Shown in pieces: positions 27,835-36,684 of a stretch of 64,000 nt of DNA. Source of the stretch: Minisyncoccota bacterium (GTDB lineage Bacteria; Patescibacteriota; Minisyncoccia; Phycocordibacterales; UBA6065); assembly GCA_035546035.1 (NCBI GenBank), contig DASZXC010000014.1, positions 1,323-65,322 of the forward strand, given 5' to 3'. The first letter of the stretch is position 1, and the number at the start of each line of letters is the position of its first letter. A program made the position numbers and the translations under genes. The notes below the pieces were generated by a model. It was not told where the DNA came from and searched no databases. It saw only the letters and a list, made by a program, of their open reading frames with translations.

Positions 27835-28457
27835 AGCCCTCCTAAGTGCATTCCTCCTTCATCCGCGAGCCTCTTGAATTCCTTCTTGGCCCGGTGGATA
27901 AGCGTAGCCACGGTCCCGGGGGGCTTGCGCAGGATATCTGATATGTCGTTATAGTCTTTGTCTTCGAGGAACTTAAGGACGAGGACCGACCGATATTTCG
28001 GCTCGAGCCGGTCGAGGACCGACGTGATGTTCTTCTTGACGTAGTCGCGGTCGACTTCGGCGAGGACGTCGTCGTCGGCGGCCATCGTCTCGGCGAGCGT
28101 CATCGTGTCGTCGTCATACGCCTGGTCGTCGAGAGATGCGCCGACATGCTTCTTCCGGCGGAGGTGATCTATCGATTCGTTATGGGCGATTCGGTATACC
28201 CACGAGGAGAACGAGAGGTCCTGGTCGAAGTCGTTGAGGTTCTCGTACGCCTTTATGAATATGTCTTGAAGGAGCATGTCGAGCTCGTCCGGGGTGGGGC
28301 GGGCGATGCGGCGGATATAGCGGCGCAAAGGCTCTTGATACTTTTCGATGATGCGGCCGAACTCTTCGCTCGATTCGAGCGCTCTCTGGACAAGGGCCGC
28401 GTCCTCCCGCGCGGCACTCAAGCCTTTTTCCGTCCCGGTTATGAATTCATCGGCCAT
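27831..28457 (-). CDS. ECF-type RNA polymerase sigma-70 factor
   Basis: Region 2 (YQEPLRRYIRR...DIFIKAY) and region 4 (YRSVLVLKFLEDKDYNDISDIL...TVATLIHRAKK). Confidence 0.85.
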   Translation of the reverse strand: MADEFITGTEKGLSAAREDAALVQRALESSEEFGRIIEKYQEPLRRYIRRIARPTPDELDMLLQDIFIKAYENLNDFDQDLSFSSWVYRIAHNESIDHLRRKKHVGASLDDQAYDDDTMTLAETMAADDDVLAEVDRDYVKKNITSVLDRLEPKYRSVLVLKFLEDKDYNDISDILRKPPGTVATLIHRAKKEFKRLADEGGMHLGGL

Positions 28458-28548
28458 GGCATGTCCATTATAGTTTATACGTTCGAGGAGGGCGATTTCT
28501 TCATAAACACGTTGCGGGAGGCCGTAAATCTGCTATTATGCAGAGCAT

Positions 28549-28624
28549 TCCTCGGTAGCTCAGTCGGTAGAGCGTCCCGCTGTTAACGGGAGGGTCCCTG
28601 GTTCGAGTCCAGGCCGAGGAGCCA
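28549..28624 (+). tRNA. tRNA-Asn (anticodon GTT)
   Basis: Cloverleaf folded by hand. Acceptor TCCTCGG/CCGAGGA, D-arm GCTC-AGTCGGTA-GAGC, anticodon stem TCCCG/CGGGA with loop CTGTTAA, T-arm CCTGG-TTCGAGT-CCAGG, discriminator G, encoded CCA. Confidence 0.9.
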
Positions 28625-28656
28625 GGCAAGTTACCCTTTAATGGTATAGTTGTCCT

Positions 28657-29085
28657 ATGACAACGATAAATCCTTGGATCAACTTCAACGGCAATGCCGA
28701 AGAGGCGTTCATGTTCTATAGATCGGTATTCGGAGGCGACTTTACGAAAGTCATCCGTTTAAAAGACGTCGCGAGTCAGGAATCCCCGGTATCGGACGCC
28801 GACGCGGAGAAGATCATGCTCATAGCGCTGCCTATCGGCAAAGGCAGCCTATTGATGGCTAACGACGTGCCCGCATCTATGGGCAAGGTGAACGAGAACG
28901 AGAACCGAAGCAAGATTTCCGTCAGTACGGACAGCAAGGAACGGGCGGATGCCATATTCAAGGATCTCTCGGCGGGAGGGCAAATCGAAGTCCCGATGAG
29001 CGAGAGCGCTTGGAGCACTTATTTCGGCATGTTCAGAGATAGATACGGCATAGAGTGGATAATAGAGTTTTCATCCGCTCAATGA
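28657..29085 (+). CDS. PhnB-like VOC/glyoxalase-superfamily protein
   Basis: 142 aa; INPWINFNGNAEEAFMFY N-terminus is typical of PhnB/3-demethylubiquinone-9 methyltransferase-like domain proteins. Confidence 0.75.
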   Translation: MTTINPWINFNGNAEEAFMFYRSVFGGDFTKVIRLKDVASQESPVSDADAEKIMLIALPIGKGSLLMANDVPASMGKVNENENRSKISVSTDSKERADAIFKDLSAGGQIEVPMSESAWSTYFGMFRDRYGIEWIIEFSSAQ

Positions 29086-29465
29086 GCGCTCTGATCGGGA
29101 TTTATATCTAGGCACACCGAATTCATGCAGTAGCGTTTGCCGGTGGCCGTAGGTCCGTCGGCGAATACATGGCCCAGGTGCGAGCCGCAGGTGGCGCAGA
29201 CGATTTCGACGCGATTCATGCCGTATTCATTGTCGGGGACCTCTTTTACCGCGCCGGGCAATGCCTGATCGAATGACGGCCATCCTGTACCGCTTTCGAA
29301 TTTCGCCGTCGAGGGGAAGAGCGGCGTGCCGCAGACCTTGCATGTGTACGTGCCCGATCGCTTCTCGTGCAAAAGCTTCCCGCTGAACGGCGCTTCGGTG
29401 CCTTTTTCGCGGAGGACGTGATATTCCTCCCGAGTGAGCCTCTGCTTCAATTCTTTTTCGTCCAT
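29079..29465 (-). CDS. msrB: Peptide-methionine (R)-S-oxide reductase MsrB
   Basis: CKVCGTPLF ... CATCGSHLGHVF zinc and catalytic motifs. Confidence 0.95.
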   Translation of the reverse strand: MDEKELKQRLTREEYHVLREKGTEAPFSGKLLHEKRSGTYTCKVCGTPLFPSTAKFESGTGWPSFDQALPGAVKEVPDNEYGMNRVEIVCATCGSHLGHVFADGPTATGKRYCMNSVCLDINPDQSAH

Positions 29466-29470
29466 ATTTT

Positions 29471-30019
29471 TTATTTTAAGAGCTTTTCGAATCGCTTCTG
29501 GAACTTTTCAAGCTTCGGTGCGATGACGATCTGGCAGTACGGCGCGCTTTTATTATTCTTGTAATAGTCGTGATGATAATCCTCGGCCTCATAGAACGTA
29601 TCAAGAGGCCGTATGTCCGTTACGACAGGCTTGTCGTATGCTCTCGCATCATTCAATTCTTTGATCAGACCCGCCGCTTTCTGCCTTTGTCTGTCGTCGG
29701 CGTAAAAGATCGCCGAGCGATATTGGGTTCCCACGTCCGCGCCTTGGCGGTTCAGCGTCGTCGGATCATGGGTGTTGAAGAATACGGCGAGAAGGTCGTC
29801 ATATGATACGGCCGACGGATCATATTCTATTTCGATCGCTTCGGCATGGCCTGTTCGGCCCGTCGAGACTTCGTCGTACGTTGGATCAACCTTGGTTCCT
29901 CCCGTATATCCCGGCTTTACCGATATGACTCCCTTAAGCATAGAGAAAACCGCTTCGGTGCACCAGAAGCAGCCGTTCGCGAACACCGCTTTTTCGTATA
30001 TCGCATCGCGCTCCGCCAT
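29471..30019 (-). CDS. msrA: Peptide-methionine (S)-S-oxide reductase MsrA
   Basis: GCFWC active site. Start placed at ATG 30019 (MAERDAIY), because the listed N-terminal extension is Arg-rich and overlaps a terminator hairpin. Confidence 0.9.
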   Translation of the reverse strand: MAERDAIYEKAVFANGCFWCTEAVFSMLKGVISVKPGYTGGTKVDPTYDEVSTGRTGHAEAIEIEYDPSAVSYDDLLAVFFNTHDPTTLNRQGADVGTQYRSAIFYADDRQRQKAAGLIKELNDARAYDKPVVTDIRPLDTFYEAEDYHHDYYKNNKSAPYCQIVIAPKLEKFQKRFEKLLK

Positions 30020-30033
30020 GTCTGAAGTATAGC

Positions 30034-30055
30034 AAAAACGCCTTTCGGCGTTTTT
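30034..30055 (-). terminator. Rho-independent terminator for PG-binding protein gene
   Basis: aaaacgcc-tttc-ggcgttttt; T-run on the - strand side. Confidence 0.55.
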
Positions 30056-30077
30056 GCGAGGCGTTTCCTGAAAGCGG

Positions 30078-30953
30078 CTAGCGGCAAATAAATGTCGTAC
30101 CCGAGCTCGATGTCTCATAACCGCAGCTCATGCTTACGCTCGTGCCGGTGACGGTTCCCGGATACGGGTTCCAGTTTGATTTCGAGACGCCGAAGCTACT
30201 GCTCGCATTCGCTGCGCTGCTATCGGCCTGGGTCGAAGAGCTGATGCCTTGGGCTTGGTCGATAGAAGCATTCCCTCCGACGTTAGACGAACTCGTCGGA
30301 TAGAAGATCCCATTGTACCAATATCCCGTGCCCGAATTGGCCGTCGCGACCGACGTGCTCATGCCGGGAACGTTATTGATCGGATACCAGACTCCGTTAT
30401 TCCAGTAGCCGGCGATGTCTTTCGTGCTCGTCGGAATAACTCCGTACCAGTTACCCTGGTACCAGTATCCCGTAGGGAAGAGCGGAGCGAGCATCGAGGT
30501 GCTAACCGACGTTCCGTTCGTCGAGACCGGGTTGATGGACGTGCCGACATTCATCGCGACGGTCGAGCTTCTGGTCGCGATCCAGGCCGTGATCGAGGCC
30601 TTGCTCAACGGGCCGAAGTAGCCGGTCGCTGGGACCCCATGGGCGCTCTGATATGCGGCGAGCGCCGACTGGGTCATCGCGCCGAAGTATCCTGTCGGAT
30701 AGACGCTCAGATAGCCTTGCTCCGCAAGGAAGCTCTGAAGGTCGTATACATACGCGCCCGTCGATCCTATCGTGAGGTCAGGAGAAGAGGCGAAAGAAGG
30801 CATGCCGGCCGTCGTTCCTGACATAGCCGACACCGACGTCGCGGTATATGTCTGGGCGTTCGCCGCCGCCGCAAGCACGGCGACTCCTATTGCCGCGAGG
30901 ATGAGCGGAGCCCAGAACATGCGCGCGCTGCGGACATTCATGGTGTGGTTCAT
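30078..30953 (-). CDS. Secreted peptidoglycan-binding (PG_binding_1) domain protein with Ser/Thr/Gly-rich, Trp/Tyr-repeat C-terminal region
   Basis: Signal peptide; YVYDLQSFLAEQGYL...GYFGAMTQSALAAYQSAHGVPATGYFGPLS PG-binding motif; GYWYN/GVWYP aromatic repeats. Confidence 0.7.
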   Translation of the reverse strand: MNHTMNVRSARMFWAPLILAAIGVAVLAAAANAQTYTATSVSAMSGTTAGMPSFASSPDLTIGSTGAYVYDLQSFLAEQGYLSVYPTGYFGAMTQSALAAYQSAHGVPATGYFGPLSKASITAWIATRSSTVAMNVGTSINPVSTNGTSVSTSMLAPLFPTGYWYQGNWYGVIPTSTKDIAGYWNNGVWYPINNVPGMSTSVATANSGTGYWYNGIFYPTSSSNVGGNASIDQAQGISSSTQADSSAANASSSFGVSKSNWNPYPGTVTGTSVSMSCGYETSSSGTTFICR

Positions 30954-31040
30954 AATGTAAGCTTGTTATTGGTAATCCTCAACGAATGAGGGCCACCGAT
31001 ATTACGAACCGATCGTATTCCAGGGTTTCAGCGCGCTGCC

Positions 31041-32048
31041 TTATCGCGCAGGCTTTCCTATGTTTTGGTAGACAATGCTTGAAATTAAGCTGATCACTGC
31101 CTTTAATTTCGAAAAATCAGTGCCGCGAGTCATAACGCAGACGACATAGGGATCGTTCGGCTTGTAGACGATGCCGCAATCATGGAGCTGGCGCTCGATG
31201 ACGGCCCCTGTGAGGTCGTCGAGCGTCGTCTGCTCGCCGAACTTATGCGCGACCGTCGTTCCGGCGGGGACGCCTGCGACGAGGCCGCCATCGAATGTCG
31301 TATGGGAAAGCATGTCGAGGGCGTATTCCGAGAACGAGTTCGGCAGGTACGCTCCGTTGTAGAGCGCGCGGAAGAGTCTCGAATATTCCTGCGCCGAGAG
31401 GAAATCCGGTCCCGACGTCGCCGTCGGCAAGGGCATGCGGAGGTCTACGAATATCTGCGCGAAGGCATTATGTCGTTCGCTGTTCAATATATATGAGCTT
31501 AAGACCTCTTCGGCGGTATTATCGGAATCCTCGATCATGGCCTTGATGAGATCGGCGTTGCTGTACCGGCCGGTCGCAAGCGGGTGCGTCGGCTTGAAAT
31601 TCTGTCCCGGATCGTCTTTGAACGTGTAGAGCTGCTTCTCTGTCATGATGGTCGGGTCGACTTCCTGTATCTTCTGGTAGGCCATCATGATCGACACCTT
31701 GAGCATGCTCGACGGAGTGTATTTCTCAGTCTCGTTCACGCCCATCCAGGATTCATCCACCATGTCTCTCACGTAGACCGAGACGTCCGTCGCGTCTCTC
31801 TGCGCGACGCTTTTGTCTATGAACGACTTGATCTGGCTCTCCAGAGCCTTGTATTGAGGGAAACTGCTCTTGTCGCCGAAGCCGATGAGGAGGATCGGAT
31901 TTATGAATCTATAGTCGGCGGAATTCTCGCGAATGACGCGGCTCGGAATGGGGCGGGGAACGGACATGCCGTATCCGTATCCTGCCCAAAGCCCCGCGGC
32001 TAGAAAGAGGGCCGAAAGGCCGATGACCGCCCAAGTGGTTTTCTTCAT
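31041..32048 (-). CDS. Class A beta-lactamase-fold serine hydrolase (paralog of 5399..6394)
   Basis: S-M-L-K, S-D-N and H-K-F-G motifs. N-terminal TM. Collinear with the first paralog, including the shared C-terminal LHDCG(I/V)VYKP. Confidence 0.75.
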   Translation of the reverse strand: MKKTTWAVIGLSALFLAAGLWAGYGYGMSVPRPIPSRVIRENSADYRFINPILLIGFGDKSSFPQYKALESQIKSFIDKSVAQRDATDVSVYVRDMVDESWMGVNETEKYTPSSMLKVSIMMAYQKIQEVDPTIMTEKQLYTFKDDPGQNFKPTHPLATGRYSNADLIKAMIEDSDNTAEEVLSSYILNSERHNAFAQIFVDLRMPLPTATSGPDFLSAQEYSRLFRALYNGAYLPNSFSEYALDMLSHTTFDGGLVAGVPAGTTVAHKFGEQTTLDDLTGAVIERQLHDCGIVYKPNDPYVVCVMTRGTDFSKLKAVISLISSIVYQNIGKPAR

Positions 32049-32240
32049 CGCCTCTCATATTAATCCGTTGAATCAATCCCGTCGAGGCCTGACGTATTAG
32101 CGGATGAAAGGCCTCTTAAACTGCCTTTTACAGATCGAGTCCTTCCTTACCTCCGCAGCAGGGTGGGACATACCAACGCAAGGCTCGCAAGAGCTTTTTT
32201 TGTTTGCGGAACCTTAACCGACTTAATATTTACAAGTCAT

Positions 32241-33950
32241 ATGAATCATTTCGCACTTGGAAAGCCTAAGGCAGCCCAGAAGGCTTTTTCCGCATTGGCG
32301 ATCATGGCTCTCTCCGTAGGAGGCTTCGCAAGCCTCTTCTCGGCGTCCATCGCTCATGCGGACAACGGCTTCATCATAGAACAGGTGAGCATCGTGCCTT
32401 CGACGGGCGCGCTCACGTCAGGCCAGAGCGCGGACGTGTATTTCACCGCATCGAATCATGATGCCACCGCTTCCTTGAACGGCGCGTGTACGGTGAACGA
32501 CGTCGATGTATCGCCTTCGTTCCAGAATCTCACCGGCGGCCTCTACAAGGTGGTCTATACCGTAGGTCCTTCGGATACCGAACGCGCCTCCGGCCAGATC
32601 CCCGTCAATTGTTCGTTCGCAAACGCTTCGTCCTCGACGGCGCAAGCGGTCACATTCACGGATTCGAACAGCGTCAAGGTCGATACCAATAATGACGGTA
32701 TCGTGACGGGAAGCGGCGGCGCGGGAACGACGACGCCGGCTTCGTTTATAGCGTCTGTGTCGGCGGTACCTGACTCCGGGACGATATCCGAAGGCCAGTC
32801 TGCCGACGTGTACTTCACCGCGGGAGGCCATGATAGTAAGGTCGCTTTGAACGGCGCATGTACGGTCAACAATGTCGACGTCGCATCGTCGTTCCAGAAT
32901 CTTACGGATGGCCTTTATAAGGTGGTCTATACCGTCGGCGCATCAGATACGGACCGAGCCGCGGGCCAGATCCCGGTAAGCTGTCTATTCCAGAACGGTG
33001 CCGGCTCTACAACGGCTGTCTCTGGATTCACTGATCAGAACTCTCTTGCCGTCATGATAAACGGCGCTGGAGGCGATAATGGCGGCAACAACGGAGGAAG
33101 CGGCGGCGGCAATGGAGGAGACAATGACGGTAACAGCGGAACCACGACTTCTCCTGTTACGAGTGCTCAGCTGATCTCTGCGGTCAGCATCATCCCAAGC
33201 TCGGGTACGCTTAGCGACGGACAATCGGCCGATATCTATTTCAGCGCAACGTCGAGCGACGCTAATCTCACGCTCGGCGGAGCATGCAATGTCAACGACG
33301 TGAATGTGGCATCGTCGTTCCAGAATCTTACCGGCGGCCTCTACAAGGTGGTCTATACCATAGGCTCGACATCTGCCGATCGAGCCGCAGGCCAGATTCC
33401 ATTAAGCTGCATGTTCCAGAATCAGGCCGGCGCGACCTCGACGGTCGTCGCATTCACCGATTCGAATACCCTCGCTATCGATTCAAGCGCCCAGAGCGGC
33501 GGCGATAACGGAGGCTCGAATACGGGCGGATCGATGGGCGGCACGGTTACCGGCGGTGGCGACGCCGATCTCGCGGTCACATCCGTCGAACAGGCGTCGG
33601 ATACCGCGACGGCGGGAGGCGGATACGGGAGCGGCTGGGCGTGGATCTTCCATGTGACGGTCCCTTCGGACGAGACGAGCCTTTCGATGAAGTTCGCCGA
33701 TTGGGTTCACTCGAACGGCACGGACCATATCGCAGCGGCTGACAACATAAGGTTCTGGTCTTTGCAGGCCCAGTCTACCTCGACCGTAGCCATCGCCGCG
33801 GCTGACGCGTATTCGGGCGCCCTCATCCTTACGGGTGATGCGGATAGCAATACGCCGGGCAGGCAGGTAGACATCCACGTCGAGATGCAGGTCCCATCGA
33901 ATGCCGTCAACGGCTCGTATACCACGAACTACGGCATCAAGACGGAATAG
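32241..33950 (+). CDS. Secreted protein with three tandem ~120-aa domains (each with conserved Cys pair) and Gly/Asn-rich linkers
   Basis: Signal peptide; repeat unit SGQSADVYFTA...LNGACTVN(D/N)VDV.SSFQNLT(G/D)GLYKVVYT(V/I)G.SDT.RA.GQIP(V/L)(N/S)C.F.N x3. Start at ATG 32241. Confidence 0.7.
   Translation: MNHFALGKPKAAQKAFSALAIMALSVGGFASLFSASIAHADNGFIIEQVSIVPSTGALTSGQSADVYFTASNHDATASLNGACTVNDVDVSPSFQNLTGGLYKVVYTVGPSDTERASGQIPVNCSFANASSSTAQAVTFTDSNSVKVDTNNDGIVTGSGGAGTTTPASFIASVSAVPDSGTISEGQSADVYFTAGGHDSKVALNGACTVNNVDVASSFQNLTDGLYKVVYTVGASDTDRAAGQIPVSCLFQNGAGSTTAVSGFTDQNSLAVMINGAGGDNGGNNGGSGGGNGGDNDGNSGTTTSPVTSAQLISAVSIIPSSGTLSDGQSADIYFSATSSDANLTLGGACNVNDVNVASSFQNLTGGLYKVVYTIGSTSADRAAGQIPLSCMFQNQAGATSTVVAFTDSNTLAIDSSAQSGGDNGGSNTGGSMGGTVTGGGDADLAVTSVEQASDTATAGGGYGSGWAWIFHVTVPSDETSLSMKFADWVHSNGTDHIAAADNIRFWSLQAQSTSTVAIAAADAYSGALILTGDADSNTPGRQVDIHVEMQVPSNAVNGSYTTNYGIKTE
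32367..33483 (+). repeat. Intragenic tandem repeat, 3 copies of ~360 bp (70-80% nt identity) inside CDS 32241..33950
   Basis: Recurrent blocks such as ttccagaatct(c/t)acc/ggcggcct(c/t)tacaaggtggtctataccgt seen by eye in three positions. Confidence 0.7.
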
Positions 33951-33976
33951 CTTACAGAGATTAACTAACGAGCCCT

Positions 33977-34603
33977 ATGAACATCAAACTGCGCAATATC
34001 GCGAATGCGGTCCTACCGCCAGCCTTGGCGCTCGTTCTCGCCATTCTCGGAGCACGGCAAGCCGGCGCGACTGAAATAACCGGAACGCTCTCTCTCGGCG
34101 TCGGCACCCAGTCCGGCGGCACGAATAGCGACGGAAGTATCGGCGGTACCGTCATCGGAGGGGTCAATCCTTCTTCGAGCGGCGGAAGCTCGTCTGGATC
34201 TTCCGGCGGCGTTGTCGCGGCCCGATCGGGCGGCAATAGCAGGTCTTCCGGAGGAAGCGCTTCGACGCTCTCGTCCGGCATACAGAGCGACGGCACTCTC
34301 GCATCAGTGTCCGAATTCACGGGCACTGGCGGGGGCTACGACCCGTCTCTCGACACCTACCTCGCCAGTCCTGATGCAGGTCCGGACGACGCATCGCTCT
34401 CTGCTTCAGACGCCATCGCGTACAACAGCGCGCAACAGGCGGTCTCATCCCTCAGCCAAACTGATAATACCGCCGCCGCCGCGAATTCGGGCAGGACTAT
34501 GGGTATAGTCATGGCGATACTTCTCGGCCTTGCGGTGGCCGGACTCGGAGGATATGCGGTGTCAGCCTATATGGCATATCGCAGGGAAGGAGGGGATATG
34601 TAG
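33977..34603 (+). CDS. Gly/Ser-rich secreted low-complexity protein with C-terminal TM anchor
   Basis: Signal peptide (ALALVLAILGARQAGA), long G/S-rich region, C-terminal TM (IVMAILLGLAVAGLGGYAV), followed by a rho-independent terminator. Confidence 0.5.
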   Translation: MNIKLRNIANAVLPPALALVLAILGARQAGATEITGTLSLGVGTQSGGTNSDGSIGGTVIGGVNPSSSGGSSSGSSGGVVAARSGGNSRSSGGSASTLSSGIQSDGTLASVSEFTGTGGGYDPSLDTYLASPDAGPDDASLSASDAIAYNSAQQAVSSLSQTDNTAAAANSGRTMGIVMAILLGLAVAGLGGYAVSAYMAYRREGGDM

Positions 34604-34627
34604 AGGATTCGCGAAAGCGAGCAAAAG

Positions 34628-34659
34628 AAAGCCAGATACTACTTGTCTGGCTTTCTTTT
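34628..34659 (+). terminator. Rho-independent terminator
   Basis: aaagccaga-tactacttg-tctggcttt then cttttg. Confidence 0.6.
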
Positions 34660-34705
34660 GCCTCCTGCCGCGATTTTTCGTCAGGATGACGTATAATTAA
34701 AAGAT

Positions 34706-35089
34706 ATGATTCAAAGAACGCTCAAAGGAATGGGGATCGGGCTCACTCCTGCCATCGAGGCGGCGGTCGATAAGGTCGTCCAGTCTTTAGAAAAATATGT
34801 CGAGGCCGATGATTCGAGCGCTCGCGCCGATATCGAGGTCGGCAAGACGACTAGCCATCACCGATCTGGCGACGTTTTCAGGGCAGAGGTCAATTTCCAT
34901 ACCCGTCACGGCGATATCCGGGCCGAGGCGGAGAAAGAAGACCTCTATGTCGCTCTCGCCGCGGCTAAAGACGAGCTCGTCGAATCGCTTCGCTCGAAAA
35001 AGGCCAAAAGGGCCGATTTTATAAAGCGATCGGGCCTTGCGGTGAAGAACATGCTCAAGGGTTTGCCTTGGAAGAAAGGGAGAGAGTAG
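34706..35089 (+). CDS. hpf: Ribosome hibernation promoting factor (HPF/RaiA, short form)
   Basis: LEKYV...ADIEV...FRAEVNFH..GDIRAEAEKEDLYVALAAAKDELVESL matches the sigma-54 modulation/HPF fold pattern. Confidence 0.85.
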   Translation: MIQRTLKGMGIGLTPAIEAAVDKVVQSLEKYVEADDSSARADIEVGKTTSHHRSGDVFRAEVNFHTRHGDIRAEAEKEDLYVALAAAKDELVESLRSKKAKRADFIKRSGLAVKNMLKGLPWKKGRE

Positions 35090-35098
35090 AATATATGC

Positions 35099-35257
35099 AT
35101 GAATCTCTCGCAGCTTAACAAGCGGCTCGTGACGTTTTCCGCCGTGGCGCTCCTCTTTCTCGGAAGCTTGTCCTATTTCGTATCCGTCGCGTGGAAGAAT
35201 CGCGGCGAGATGCAGGCGCGCGAGGACGCAACGGCCGCGTACATAAACGGCATCTAG
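35099..35257 (+). CDS. Possible small (52 aa) single-TM protein
   Basis: ATG at 35099 and TAG at 35255-35257; one hydrophobic helix. It is below the ORF-track size cutoff. Weak call. Confidence 0.25.
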   Translation: MNLSQLNKRLVTFSAVALLFLGSLSYFVSVAWKNRGEMQAREDATAAYINGI

Positions 35258-36123
35258 CTATTCGCTCCTCTCCAGAACTCTTCCCACGTCATCTCCTTCC
35301 TTCCTTCGGGGATGACTTTTTTTATGGCGAACGAACCGTTCTCGAAGGCCGCATCGGTGATAGTGACGCGGGTCTTTTCAGGGCCGATGAAAATATAGCT
35401 CTTCGGCCAGGTCTTATACGCATTCCATTTGAGGAAATTCTTGTACGGATCGGCGGAAAGATCCATGAGGCCGTCTTCCTTCGTTATCTTTTTGGCGATA
35501 GTGGCTCTCCCGTGGTCCTGTTCAACGGATTTCAGCGTGCCTGAGGCCAATCCTTCTATCGATCTGACGAGGAGCTCGCCGCCTTTTTCGACGAGGAGCT
35601 TCGCGAGCTCGTCTGCGGGCAACGGCCATCGCGGCGTCGGAACCTCGGCCTGCATGAGAATCGGCCCGTGATCCATGAATCTGTCCATGAGGATAGTCGT
35701 AACGCCTGCCGGCCGCTCGTCGGTGAGGATCGCTGTCTCGATCGGGCTCGCTCCGCGAAGGCGGGGCAGGAGCGACGCATGCAGATTGATGCAGCCAAAC
35801 CTCGGGATTTCGAGGATTTCCTGTCTTATGATCTTGCCGTAGGCGACGACGATGAAGAAATCGAAATTTCCGTCAGCGAGAGCTTTTTTAAACGCCGCGT
35901 CTGATAGATCGTCAGGTTGGAGAACGGGAATGCCGTTTGCCTCGGCCCATATTTTTGCCGGAGGTGGTGTGAGCGCGAGCCTTCGCCCTTGCGGCCGGTC
36001 AGGCTGGGTGATGATGAGTGCCGGGGTCATTCCCGCGTGCTTCATGACGTTGAGGGCCATGACGGCTCTGTCTGGCGTGCCGAAAAAAGCGAATCTCGGC
36101 TGTATGTTCGCGCTTCTTGCCAT
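35254..36123 (-). CDS. fmt: Methionyl-tRNA formyltransferase
   Basis: FFGTPD...QPDRPQGRR...INLHASLLPRLRGASPI motifs. Confidence 0.95.
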   Translation of the reverse strand: MARSANIQPRFAFFGTPDRAVMALNVMKHAGMTPALIITQPDRPQGRRLALTPPPAKIWAEANGIPVLQPDDLSDAAFKKALADGNFDFFIVVAYGKIIRQEILEIPRFGCINLHASLLPRLRGASPIETAILTDERPAGVTTILMDRFMDHGPILMQAEVPTPRWPLPADELAKLLVEKGGELLVRSIEGLASGTLKSVEQDHGRATIAKKITKEDGLMDLSADPYKNFLKWNAYKTWPKSYIFIGPEKTRVTITDAAFENGSFAIKKVIPEGRKEMTWEEFWRGANS

Positions 36124-36672
36124 TTATTTTCGCTCTATCTCATCCGGAGGCAGGTCTTCTAGGTCGGTCGCGCTGTCTATGAAAAGTACGCCGTCGAGGT
36201 GGTCGTTCTCGTGCTGGAATATCTGGGCCAAGAGTCCCGTCCCATCGATCTCGAATGCCTTGCCGCTTTCATTCATCGCCCGGACCGTGGCTTTTCTGGC
36301 CCGCGAGACCTTGCCATAGAGATACCTGACGGAAAGGCAGCCCTCTTCCATCTCTTTCCGATCCTTCGAGAGCTTTAAGACTTTCGGGTTGATGAAGATC
36401 ATGTCGTCTGCTTTCTTTGTGGCCTGCGCCGTCCCCTCTCCTGTCACGGCCTCTTCGCGGAGCATATCGAAAATGCGTCCGGACACGACGAATATGCGCA
36501 AAGACGCGCCGATCTGCGGCGCGGCGATAGCGACGGCATCGTCCTGGCTTTCGATCGCCGCTTTCATGTCGGCGATGATCTTTTTGAGCTCCGGCGTGCC
36601 GAACATCGCCTTCGGAACGGCTCTGGCCGTCTTTCGGAGTATAGGATCTTCTTTCTGGACGATGGTTATCAT
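36124..36672 (-). CDS. def: Peptide deformylase
   Basis: GIGLAAPQIG-like (AIAAPQIGASLRIFVV), EGCLS and HENDHLDG metal-binding motifs. Confidence 0.95.
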   Translation of the reverse strand: MITIVQKEDPILRKTARAVPKAMFGTPELKKIIADMKAAIESQDDAVAIAAPQIGASLRIFVVSGRIFDMLREEAVTGEGTAQATKKADDMIFINPKVLKLSKDRKEMEEGCLSVRYLYGKVSRARKATVRAMNESGKAFEIDGTGLLAQIFQHENDHLDGVLFIDSATDLEDLPPDEIERK

Positions 36673-36684
36673 GGATTCACACTA

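Noticed and set aside
29471-30118. Longer msrA start at 30118
   Set aside because: The extra 33 N-terminal residues are Arg-rich (MRHRARVRH...) and would place a terminator hairpin inside the CDS. The internal ATG at 30019, immediately preceding the conserved GCFWC core, is preferred.
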